Below are positions 49,275-58,079 of a stretch of DNA of 64,000 bases, in pieces. The notes beneath the pieces are model-generated. The model was not told the DNA's origin and searched no databases. It was given only the letters and a program-made list of their open reading frames with translations. The position numbers and the translations under genes are program-made. Every line of letters begins with the position of its first letter. Positions within the stretch are counted from its first letter, which is position 1. The stretch is from sequence record SRR9188677_161. One strand, given 5' to 3'.

Positions 49275-51215
49275 TTATGTTATTTTATTGGGGAATGTGA
49301 TTTCAATCTCAGTTCCTTCATCTGGTTTTGTTTTAAAATCTATGGTCCCGCCACAGTCGGAAATGCGCTTTTTCATGTTGTTTAGGCCGTTGCCCAATTC
49401 GATCTGCCCATCGTCAAAGCCTTTTCCGTCGTCCGTAATGCGCATAATGATATCGTTATTTTTCTTTTTGATGTCGATTTGGATGTGCTTTGCCTCGGCA
49501 TATTTAATGCTGTTATTGACAGCTTCCTGAATGGTTCTGTAAATGTTCATCCCTTCCACCGAAGTAAATTGGGTTGGCATTACGCTCTTTTCAATCCGGA
49601 AATCAAATTCGATATCATTTTTTGCTTCCTGGGCCTTTTCTACAAAGTTATGGATGCGTGTTTGCAAATCCTCAAAAGTGATGGCGCTGTTGTTCATCGC
49701 CCAGATCGTATCCCGAAGCTCCACAATAGTCGATTTGGCAAAACTGCTGATGCTCGAAAGCTTGTTGTCCAGCTTGGAATTCTCAATCTGGAAAGCGTAT
49801 TTGATGCTGTCCACAGACGAAATGATGAAGGTAAGCTGCGAACCGATGTTGTCGTGCAGATCACGCGATATCTGTAACCGCTGCTCCTGCAATTTGTTCT
49901 GGGTTTCGATTTGAGCTATAGCCGATTTTAGTTGGAATTCCTGCTCCTGCTGTTTGTTTTTGAGTTTCTGCTGACGGTAGAACAAAAAGCCCATCAAAGC
50001 AACAAAAAAGGCTATGGAAGAAACCATGATCAGCTGGTTTCGGGAATTTTTGATTTGTATTTCTTTTTCGAGAAGTTGTTTTTCTTTTTTTGCTGTCTGA
50101 TATTTGGTTTCAAGTTCAATTGTTTTTTTTAGGATGTCGGCATCGCTTAATTTCTGGCTGGCATTCAAAAATTTTATCTGATAGAAAGCAACACTATCAT
50201 TCTCTCTCAAATTGGAACATACCGGAACAAGCATTTTATAGGTATTCATTAAATTTTCGAGATCGTTGTGCTTTTCGAAATACTTTTTCAGTTGCAATAA
50301 TAAAGCTTTAGATTCCTTAAATTTCTCAGCCCGGTTTAAAACATCCACATCGTTGAACTTCATTTTGTAGTCCAAAAAATCGGAATTCACTTCTTCTCTA
50401 TTTTCTTTGGACTGGTCAAAAAATTGTTTAGAATCGGCATACTTTTTCTGGGCAACTTTTATAACCCCTATATTACTCAGTGCTTTGGAAAGAAATAATT
50501 TATTGCCAACTTCTCCACAGATGACCCTGGCTTTTTCATACATTTTCATAGCCTTCAAAGTATCTTTAAGACCAAGCTGGATATTGCCATTATTGATATA
50601 CATAGGACAAAGTGTTGCTGTTGCATTACTATTCTCAAAATAAGCAATAGACTGTTGGCTGTATGACAATGCTTTTTTATAATCCTTTAGTTCTAAAAGC
50701 AAGCCCGACATGGCATTTTTTATATTGTTTCTGGCTTTATCGTCATTTGTTTTATTAGCATATTCTAATGCCAATAAATAATTTTTCATGGAGAGTTCGT
50801 ACTTGCTTTGATAAAAAAACAGTTGGGCAATCCCGCCATAAGTCCTTCCTAATCCCGGGATATCGTTTTTGGCTTTCCTTATGGCAAGCACATTTTTCAG
50901 GTATTTCATGGATTCATCATAATCCCCTTTTTTTAGGTACACTGTGCTTACATCGCCATAAGCCTGAGCAATCACAATGGAATCTCCCAACTTTAAAGAT
51001 TCGCTAATGGCCTTTTTGCCATAAGCCATAGCGGAATCCAAAGACACATCGGAATAGTACCATGTTAAATCCGAATAAATAGTAGCCGTCCGTTTGAGGC
51101 TGGGGTTCGTTTTTAATTCGGATTTTAAATTATCTATTAAAACCTGTGCGTTTTGGGCATAACCAAAATGCAGGCCTAACAAATAAAACAATAATAAACT
51201 TACACTTTTTCTCAT
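49275..51215 (-). CDS. TPR-sensor histidine kinase 2 (HisKA_3)
   Basis: TPR repeats, TM, QISRDLHDNIG, QEAVNNSIKYA, DDGKGF; ATGA overlap with the kinase 3 stop. Confidence 0.92.
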   Translation of the reverse strand: MRKSVSLLLFYLLGLHFGYAQNAQVLIDNLKSELKTNPSLKRTATIYSDLTWYYSDVSLDSAMAYGKKAISESLKLGDSIVIAQAYGDVSTVYLKKGDYDESMKYLKNVLAIRKAKNDIPGLGRTYGGIAQLFFYQSKYELSMKNYLLALEYANKTNDDKARNNIKNAMSGLLLELKDYKKALSYSQQSIAYFENSNATATLCPMYINNGNIQLGLKDTLKAMKMYEKARVICGEVGNKLFLSKALSNIGVIKVAQKKYADSKQFFDQSKENREEVNSDFLDYKMKFNDVDVLNRAEKFKESKALLLQLKKYFEKHNDLENLMNTYKMLVPVCSNLRENDSVAFYQIKFLNASQKLSDADILKKTIELETKYQTAKKEKQLLEKEIQIKNSRNQLIMVSSIAFFVALMGFLFYRQQKLKNKQQEQEFQLKSAIAQIETQNKLQEQRLQISRDLHDNIGSQLTFIISSVDSIKYAFQIENSKLDNKLSSISSFAKSTIVELRDTIWAMNNSAITFEDLQTRIHNFVEKAQEAKNDIEFDFRIEKSVMPTQFTSVEGMNIYRTIQEAVNNSIKYAEAKHIQIDIKKKNNDIIMRITDDGKGFDDGQIELGNGLNNMKKRISDCGGTIDFKTKPDEGTEIEITFPNKIT

Positions 51216-53116
51216 GCCCATTTTGGTATTGTAATAGTAATTATTGTGCCTTTATCTAGAGTAGAATCTATAGAAAACGTTCCGTTTATTTCAGTAATCC
51301 TTTTTTTCATGTTGGCAATTCCGTTGCCCAATTCCACGCTTTCGGTATCAAAACCCTTTCCATCATCGATAACCACAATTTTTATGGATTTGTCCAGATT
51401 TTTTATGGCGATCTCAATAGTCTTGGCTTCGGAATATTTCATGCTGTTGTTCACTGCTTCCTGAATAGTCCGGTAGATGTTCATCCCTTCAATGGAAGAG
51501 AATTTCATATCCAGCAGGTCCTTTTCAATCCTGAAATTAAACACTATATCCTGCTTGGCTTCTTTAGCTTTTTCAACAAAATTATGGATGCGCGTCTGCA
51601 AATCCTCAAACGTAATTTCGCTGTTGTTCATCGCCCAAATCGTATCGCGGAGCTCAATTATCGTCGATTGTGCAAAATTGCTGATGTTCGAAAGCTTGCT
51701 GTCTAATTTAGAATTGCCAATTTCAAAAGCATATTTGATATTGTCTACCGAAGAAATAATAAAAGTAAGCTGCGAGCCGATATTATCATGCAGATCACGT
51801 GAAATCTGAAGCCGTTGTTCCTGCAATTTACTTTGCGTTTCGATTTTGGCTATAGCCGATTTGAGCTCGTATTCCTGTTCCTGCTGGCGGTTTTTGAGTT
51901 TCTGCTGACGGTAAACCAAAAAGGTAATAATCAAAAGTCCTATTATAATGATGGCAAGGATGATAAACTGCGTATTTTTCTTTTTGATCTCAATTTCCTT
52001 GTTGGCAATCGCAATTTTGGATTTGAGCAGTTGCTTTTCCTTTTTCTCATTTTGGTATTTGGCTTCGATCTCTACAAGGGATTTGTCCCTGTTTTTATTA
52101 AAGACCGAATCGCGCAATTTTATGTACTGTTCCTGATATTCAATGGTTTTTTCCAGGTTTTTCTTGAGCTTGTTGAACTCGTATTCTGCATGATAATAAT
52201 CGCGGAGCTTTTCTGCCGACTGGCTCTTACGGCTGTATTCTTTTGCGAGTCCAAGGAATTTTTCCGCTTTCTCCAGCTGATTGGTTTTAGTTGCAATGAC
52301 TGCCAGATTGGTAAAATTGGTTGCCCGGCTGTAAAAATCGAGATCATACCGTTCGGGGTTTTGCTTCTGATTATACTCTTTGATGGCGACGGCAGTTTTG
52401 ATCCATTTTTCGGCTTCCTTATATTTTTTCTGCTTCAATAAAGTGTTCCCGATATTGTTGTAGGTATGATCTACTTTCAGGGTATCTTTCCCTTTCATGT
52501 AGTTGAAAACCTGCTTGTGGTAATACAGGGCTTCATTAGGCTTATTCGAGTCATCATAACTGATCGCGATGGAATTCAATGCCCCGGCGATGTAGCTGTT
52601 ACGGTCTTTTTTCAGGTTCTTGGCTAGTGCCAGCGCTTTTTTGCCATAGTAGATTCCTTTTTCAAAATTTTCAAAATCGTGATAGATAAGCGAAAGCAGG
52701 TTGGTATAGCTATAAACAAACACATCGCTTTTGATCCTTTCGGCATTTTTGAGCCCGGTAATGGCCATGTTGATGGATTCATCGTATTGCCCCTGCTTTC
52801 TATAGCTTCTTGAAATGTTATAGTAAAGCGTATTGAGCGTATTGTAATCCTTTAACTTTTCTAAAATTACAATTGCCTTTTTAGAGTAGTAAACCGCACT
52901 GTCCAACTCATTGAAATCGCCCTGCCTTGCGCCTTTGCAGAAATAATATTCCGCGAGGTCCTTTTCATTTTTTATAAGCTTTTTAGCCGCCTTGAAATAA
53001 TAATCTGTAGAATCCTTTGACCCGAAAGCTTTTATCAATGTCTTCTTTAAATCCTGTGAAAATCCGGGCTGGAAACACAGAAAGCAAAACAGAAAATAGA
53101 CTAATAACTTTTTCAT
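51212..53116 (-). CDS. TPR-sensor histidine kinase 3 (HisKA_3)
   Basis: Signal, TPR repeats, TM, QISRDLHDNIG, QEAVNNSMKYS, DDGKGF. Confidence 0.92.
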   Translation of the reverse strand: MKKLLVYFLFCFLCFQPGFSQDLKKTLIKAFGSKDSTDYYFKAAKKLIKNEKDLAEYYFCKGARQGDFNELDSAVYYSKKAIVILEKLKDYNTLNTLYYNISRSYRKQGQYDESINMAITGLKNAERIKSDVFVYSYTNLLSLIYHDFENFEKGIYYGKKALALAKNLKKDRNSYIAGALNSIAISYDDSNKPNEALYYHKQVFNYMKGKDTLKVDHTYNNIGNTLLKQKKYKEAEKWIKTAVAIKEYNQKQNPERYDLDFYSRATNFTNLAVIATKTNQLEKAEKFLGLAKEYSRKSQSAEKLRDYYHAEYEFNKLKKNLEKTIEYQEQYIKLRDSVFNKNRDKSLVEIEAKYQNEKKEKQLLKSKIAIANKEIEIKKKNTQFIILAIIIIGLLIITFLVYRQQKLKNRQQEQEYELKSAIAKIETQSKLQEQRLQISRDLHDNIGSQLTFIISSVDNIKYAFEIGNSKLDSKLSNISNFAQSTIIELRDTIWAMNNSEITFEDLQTRIHNFVEKAKEAKQDIVFNFRIEKDLLDMKFSSIEGMNIYRTIQEAVNNSMKYSEAKTIEIAIKNLDKSIKIVVIDDGKGFDTESVELGNGIANMKKRITEINGTFSIDSTLDKGTIITITIPKWA

Positions 53117-53144
53117 TAGGAAGAATTTACAGCATAAATATATA

Positions 53145-53420
53145 TTATTTTCTCGAATATAATTCTTCGATCAATTTAAAATTAACCTCGTAAATGTCTT
53201 TGGAAAGTGCCTGGTTCACCTCGAACATTCTTGCCTTGAGTTCTTCGGACAACTGCAACTGGCCGTCTTTGGCTTTTTGCTCATCGCTGACCTGAACGAT
53301 AAAATCTTCCAGAAACTTGATCCGGGCATTGAATTTCATCCGGTCCGATTGGATTTTATTGATCAGATACACAATCAATGATAGAAACAATATGCTGATA
53401 AGTGCTAGTATATTTGTCAT
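53145..53420 (-). CDS. Small membrane-anchored coiled-coil protein
   Basis: MTNILALISILFLSLIVYLI TM then heptad-rich helix; start at ATG 53420, downstream of the promoter. Confidence 0.7.
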   Translation of the reverse strand: MTNILALISILFLSLIVYLINKIQSDRMKFNARIKFLEDFIVQVSDEQKAKDGQLQLSEELKARMFEVNQALSKDIYEVNFKLIEELYSRK

Positions 53421-53462
53421 TTGCCTGGATTTGGATACGATTGGGGTTAAAAAACAAGTAGT

Positions 53463-53511
53463 CAAATTTCCCGAATATCGGAACAAAAAAAAATAGGGCG
53501 TTTGCCCTATT
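53463..53511 (-). promoter_or_regulatory. Promoter plus palindromic operator 3 (also terminator-like)
   Basis: -7 box GAAATTTG (53470-53463); AATAGGGCGttTGCCCTATT at 53492-53511; 21-nt gap; T-run follows on the minus strand. Confidence 0.65.
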
Positions 53512-53541
53512 TCTTCTCAAAAATCTAACTTTCAAAATTCT

Positions 53542-54054
53542 TTAGTTAGTAAAATTCACATTAAACACACCATTGGTAATCTGTTTGGTGTCGGCCCCGC
53601 TTTGGTTTTTTCCCGTGAAGCTGAAAGTTCCTTTTACATTAGTCGCAGTAAGGTCAGTAACTGTAATAGTCCCAACAGTTCCCGATCCTTCGTAAGGCGC
53701 AGCAAATACCAATGAAGCCATTGGGTTGCTGATGTTGGCCTGAGTATAACTGGCAATAGCATCAATCGCCGAAGTATCGTTGATTTGGAATGTTCCCGGT
53801 GCTGTAACCCCAGCGATCATCAACTGGATGGCTTTACCCGTAGCATCGCTTCCCTGAACGATCAGTACGGTATTCTGGTGTGTTGCAGCTGTCGCCATTG
53901 ACATCGATGTCCAGTTGGATCCTGCAATTTTTGCCTTCATAGTACCTACAGCCGTACTTCCGCCTCCTCCGTCACCATCACTGCTGCTGCAAGAAGATAA
54001 AAGTGTTGTTACTGCCAATACGATAGCAAATCCTAAGTGTTTAATTGTTCTCAT
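53542..54054 (-). CDS. Lipoprotein, DUF6252-like beta-rich
   Basis: Lipobox LSSC; Gly/Ser linker; MKAKIAG...W; GTITVT...VKGTFSF...ITNGVF. Confidence 0.78.
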   Translation of the reverse strand: MRTIKHLGFAIVLAVTTLLSSCSSSDGDGGGGSTAVGTMKAKIAGSNWTSMSMATAATHQNTVLIVQGSDATGKAIQLMIAGVTAPGTFQINDTSAIDAIASYTQANISNPMASLVFAAPYEGSGTVGTITVTDLTATNVKGTFSFTGKNQSGADTKQITNGVFNVNFTN

Positions 54055-54079
54055 GGTTTTATTGTTTTAAGTTATGGTA

Positions 54080-54128
54080 CAAATTTGCCTTGAAAACCAA
54101 ACCGAAACAATACGTCATTTGCCGTAAT
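54080..54128 (-). promoter_or_regulatory. Promoter plus palindromic operator 4 (lipoprotein gene)
   Basis: -7 box CAAATTTG (54087-54080); AATACGTCAttTGCCGTAAT at 54109-54128; 21-nt gap. Confidence 0.75.
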
Positions 54129-54180
54129 TTCAATATAAGCAATTGAAAAACAGCATCAGAAAAATTTACACTCTAGTAAG

Positions 54181-55113
54181 TCAGAAAGAAAAATGCGGGA
54201 AACGTTGCTGAAGGTTTTGTATTTTACCCTCAAGGTTTTTCAAAAACTTCTGGTGAGACTCTGAATCCGGGTTGAAAGGACGGTGAGCAAGGGCTTTCCG
54301 GATACTGCCTACTTCTTCCATAACCGAATGGCTTTCTTCCGAAATGGAACTTTCGGCAAACCTTGACCAGATATAGTCGATGGCCGTTTGGCTTGGATGC
54401 AGCATATCCTGGGCATAAAAGCGGTAGTCCCGGAGTTCGTCCATCAGGATTTCATAGGAAGGAAAATAGTTGATTTTACAGGAATGGATTGCGGCAATCA
54501 GATGCGCCTTGCTTTGCTGGTTTTCAATGAAACCATCTTTAATGTGCCGAACCGGAGAAACTGTAAAAATGAAAGTGCAATTTGGATTTACTTTCTTAAC
54601 TAAATCAATGGTATTTTGAATGGATTTTTCAATAATTGCTACCGGCAAAAGTTCCTTGTCAAATTGGTTTTGCGGGACTTTATGGCAGTTGGCCACAATG
54701 TTTCCCGAAATCTTATTTTGGTAAACCCACGATGTTCCGTAAGTAATTTGGAAATGTGTTGATTTGGAAATTTGAAAATGGAAATCCTTGAGCAGTGAAT
54801 TCAACTTATTAAGAAATTCCTCTTTATCCGGACAGCTTAATTCAGAATGTACTTCAAAACAATGCCACAAATCGTTGTGGAAAAAGACATCTTCTTCCGT
54901 AAATTCCTTCTGATCGACCACTCTCGAAACCAGGTTTTCAATGGAAACCGGATTAAAAATAATCCCAAACGGATTGACCGAATTCATAAACTTAAAATAC
55001 CCGAATTTTTCTCCCATATTTTCTGCAAAACACGATCCTAACGAAACGATTTTCGAATCATAACTTATCGGATTGCTTGATTTTTCGATGGGAATTCTGG
55101 TAGTAAAGTTCAT
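54181..55113 (-). CDS. GSCFA-domain protein
   Basis: LGSCFAENMG, NPFG, TVSPVRH, YFPSYE, DMLHP. Confidence 0.92.
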   Translation of the reverse strand: MNFTTRIPIEKSSNPISYDSKIVSLGSCFAENMGEKFGYFKFMNSVNPFGIIFNPVSIENLVSRVVDQKEFTEEDVFFHNDLWHCFEVHSELSCPDKEEFLNKLNSLLKDFHFQISKSTHFQITYGTSWVYQNKISGNIVANCHKVPQNQFDKELLPVAIIEKSIQNTIDLVKKVNPNCTFIFTVSPVRHIKDGFIENQQSKAHLIAAIHSCKINYFPSYEILMDELRDYRFYAQDMLHPSQTAIDYIWSRFAESSISEESHSVMEEVGSIRKALAHRPFNPDSESHQKFLKNLEGKIQNLQQRFPHFSF

Positions 55114-55235
55114 TGTCTTGGTTTAAGTTTCAAAAATACAAAATTCAGGCTATCGAATTATAAAGGAATACAATCCAAACCGCAACTTGGTGGCTATTTA
55201 TTTTCTACTTTTGCTTCGCAAAATTTTTATACTTC

Positions 55236-56987
55236 ATGAAACTATTATATTCTTATCTCAAAAAACACAAACTGCTTTTATTCATTGCGCTGTTAATGGC
55301 CGCAGTAAACATCTGCTTCAGCTTGTCCGACTCGATAATTACCGGTAAACTAATGCAGGATTGCGGTGTAGGAATCGGAAAATACAAAGGCAATGAAATC
55401 GGTTTTATCAAGTCGTTGTCGTTTTGGCTTGGCTTATCGCTTGGAGCGGCCATGATTTCCAGGATCACAAAAAATTTCCAGGATTATTTTACCAATATCG
55501 TCATCCAGAGAACGGGTGCCGAAATGTACACGGACGGAATAAAAAAATCACTCGACCTGCCTTACGAAGAATTCGAAGACCAGCGCAGTGGCGAGACTTT
55601 AAGCAAATTAACCAAAGTCCGGATCGATTCGGAAAAACTGATTACCCTTTCGATTTCCTTGATTTTTCAGACCGTGATCGGCTTCATTTTCGTCATTGTT
55701 TACGTGGGCCGGATTGACTATAGGATTTCGATTATCTTTTTGATTACTGCCCCTATTATAGCCCTGGTAAGTTCGTACTTAGGTAAAAAAATCAAGGTCG
55801 TTTCCCGGAAAATCGTAACGCAGACGAATGCTTTGGCTGGTTCAACAACCGAAAGTTTAAGAAACATCGAACTGGTAAAAAGTTTGGGACTGACCTATCA
55901 GGAAGAAAAGCGTCTGAACTTAAATACCCTTAAAATATTACAGCTCGAATTGCAGAAAATCCGTTTTATCCGAAGCCTGAGCTTTATCCAGGGAACAACA
56001 GTTCACTTTTTAAGAACCTGTGTGGTTTTCACCTTGTACTATTTCCTTTTTGGCGGTAAAATCATTGTTGGGGATTTATTGACGATGGTATTCTTTACGT
56101 TCTTTATTTTCGGGCCTTTGCAGGAGTTGGGTTCGTTCATCATCGCTTTGAATGAAACGAAAGTTTCTATGGAAAATTTTAAGGAATTGCTGAATGCCCC
56201 AAAAGAATTCCGTCCTAAAAATGCCAAAGATGTGGGCAATATCAAAGCACTTCAGTTTTCGGATGTAAGCTTCAAACACAAATCGGCCAAGCACAATGCC
56301 GTTGAAAATATCAGTTTCGATATCAAGCAAGGGGAAACGGTTGCATTCGTAGGGCCATCCGGAGCCGGGAAAACGACGCTGGTAAAACTTTTGGTCGGAT
56401 TGTACCCGCCGGCAAAAGGACACGTTAAATACAACGAAACCGATTCTACTGAAATCGACCTGCTCGATTTGAGGAAACAGCTCGGATTTGTAACGCAGGA
56501 TGCCCAATTGTTTTCGGGAACCATCCGTGAAAACCTGCTGTTCGTAAAACCACAGGCAACTGATGAGGAATTGTTGGAAGTTCTGCACAAAGCAAGCTGC
56601 GACAAACTGCTAGAACGTGCCGAAGACGGATTGAATTCCACAATCGGTGAAGGCGGAATCAAGGTTTCCGGTGGGGAGAAACAGCGTTTATCCATTGCCC
56701 GTGCGATTTTGAGAAATCCAAATCTATTGATATTTGACGAAGCGACTTCTGCTTTGGATTCGATTACCGAAGAAGAGATCAACGCGACCATCCGGAATAT
56801 TTCGGACAAAAACCGCATCACCGTTTTAATCGCACACCGATTATCAACCGTAATGCACGCCGATAAGATTTTCGTCTTAGAGCAGGGGAAAATAATCGAA
56901 CAAGGCAGGCACGAAGCCTTACTGGAAGAGAAAGGCCTTTATTATGCGATGTGGCGCCAGCAGATCGGGGAACGCAAAAAAGAGTAA
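55236..56987 (+). CDS. ABC transporter, fused permease/ATPase (MsbA-like exporter)
   Basis: TM domain; GPSGAGKTT, VSGGEKQR, DEATS, IAHR. Confidence 0.93.
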   Translation: MKLLYSYLKKHKLLLFIALLMAAVNICFSLSDSIITGKLMQDCGVGIGKYKGNEIGFIKSLSFWLGLSLGAAMISRITKNFQDYFTNIVIQRTGAEMYTDGIKKSLDLPYEEFEDQRSGETLSKLTKVRIDSEKLITLSISLIFQTVIGFIFVIVYVGRIDYRISIIFLITAPIIALVSSYLGKKIKVVSRKIVTQTNALAGSTTESLRNIELVKSLGLTYQEEKRLNLNTLKILQLELQKIRFIRSLSFIQGTTVHFLRTCVVFTLYYFLFGGKIIVGDLLTMVFFTFFIFGPLQELGSFIIALNETKVSMENFKELLNAPKEFRPKNAKDVGNIKALQFSDVSFKHKSAKHNAVENISFDIKQGETVAFVGPSGAGKTTLVKLLVGLYPPAKGHVKYNETDSTEIDLLDLRKQLGFVTQDAQLFSGTIRENLLFVKPQATDEELLEVLHKASCDKLLERAEDGLNSTIGEGGIKVSGGEKQRLSIARAILRNPNLLIFDEATSALDSITEEEINATIRNISDKNRITVLIAHRLSTVMHADKIFVLEQGKIIEQGRHEALLEEKGLYYAMWRQQIGERKKE

Positions 56988-57084
56988 ATCCCAATCTTTT
57001 GAATGCATTATATAACAAAACCCTCTCTTGACAGTGAAAGGGCTTTGCAAAATAATAGTGTTTGATTTTATTCGTTTAATCCTA

Positions 57085-57876
57085 TTAGTAATAGATGTAA
57101 ACCGATTTAAGGTGGTTGTTACTTGGGTTTTCAAATACCGGCTTGTCTGAAACGATTTCTGTAGGATAGCCTGAATTATATTGAAAACTTCTTGGATATT
57201 GCTTCAATGACGAAATGGCCTGATCCGTATCCAAATAAGACGTTGAAGCAATTTCTGTACTTGAAGCCGTATTATTAGCTGAAATGGTATTATAGTGATC
57301 CAGCAGTTTATTGTATCCTGTAATATTGTTGAACGGGTTTCTTTTGGCATCGTAAACAAAACTAACCTGCTCTTTTGAAACTACGTTTGCTGCAGTTGTA
57401 TCAAGCGTTTTGTTATTGTCATATACGTTTTCTCCCTGGAATGAAAGAGTTCCGTGGAAAAGCAAAACCGTATTGTTGCCAGCATCTACGGTTGTTTTCT
57501 CGTAAGCAACAGTTCCGTCAGCATTGTAAACATAATTCAATTCGTAATTATCTGAACAGATTACTTTAGTCAGTCTTTCAGCGGTATAAATGTAATCAAA
57601 AGTCGTCTGAACATTGGTTACTAAGTCCAATTCCGCAATCCTCGTTATCAGATCGCCGGTATAAGTAAAGGTGCTGCTTTTATTCTCTGAAAGGATGCTA
57701 ACGATTTTGTTTCCGTTATAAGTAAAATTATAGGTTGATGAAGTTCCATCGGTATTTACTTCTATAACATTTTTAAGAAGCCTTGCCTCTACAACATCAC
57801 TGTCGCTGGAGGTGCAGGAAGTAAATGTTAAACCAAAAAGAAAAACGACGGACAGAAGCTGGATGGTTTTTTTCAT
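57085..57876 (-). CDS. Hypothetical lipoprotein
   Basis: Lipobox FTSC; repeated FTY.G..I strands; YDAKRNPF motif. Confidence 0.75.
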   Translation of the reverse strand: MKKTIQLLSVVFLFGLTFTSCTSSDSDVVEARLLKNVIEVNTDGTSSTYNFTYNGNKIVSILSENKSSTFTYTGDLITRIAELDLVTNVQTTFDYIYTAERLTKVICSDNYELNYVYNADGTVAYEKTTVDAGNNTVLLFHGTLSFQGENVYDNNKTLDTTAANVVSKEQVSFVYDAKRNPFNNITGYNKLLDHYNTISANNTASSTEIASTSYLDTDQAISSLKQYPRSFQYNSGYPTEIVSDKPVFENPSNNHLKSVYIYY

Positions 57877-58025
57877 AATTGCATTAGTTTAGGATTTTAA
57901 CTGAATTGGCTTGGGGCGTTTTCAATACAGTTCAAATGTAAATAAGTGCAATTATTCCTAACAAAAGTTCCGATACACTACCAAAAAAATCGTTGTTTAT
58001 CAATTTTGGCATCAATTTTCAAAAA

Positions 58026-58061
58026 CAAAAACCCTTTCAACCGAATGATTAAAAGGGTTTT
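58026..58061 (-). terminator. Intrinsic terminator of alaS
   Basis: AAAAACCCTTT...AAAGGGTTTT. Confidence 0.65.
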
Positions 58062-58079
58062 AGTTCCGTTATTTTTATA

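Noticed and set aside
53440-57917. CCCCAA motif in two 5' leaders (near 53440 and 57911, minus strand)
   Set aside because: Only 6 nt and two instances; cannot be separated from chance here.
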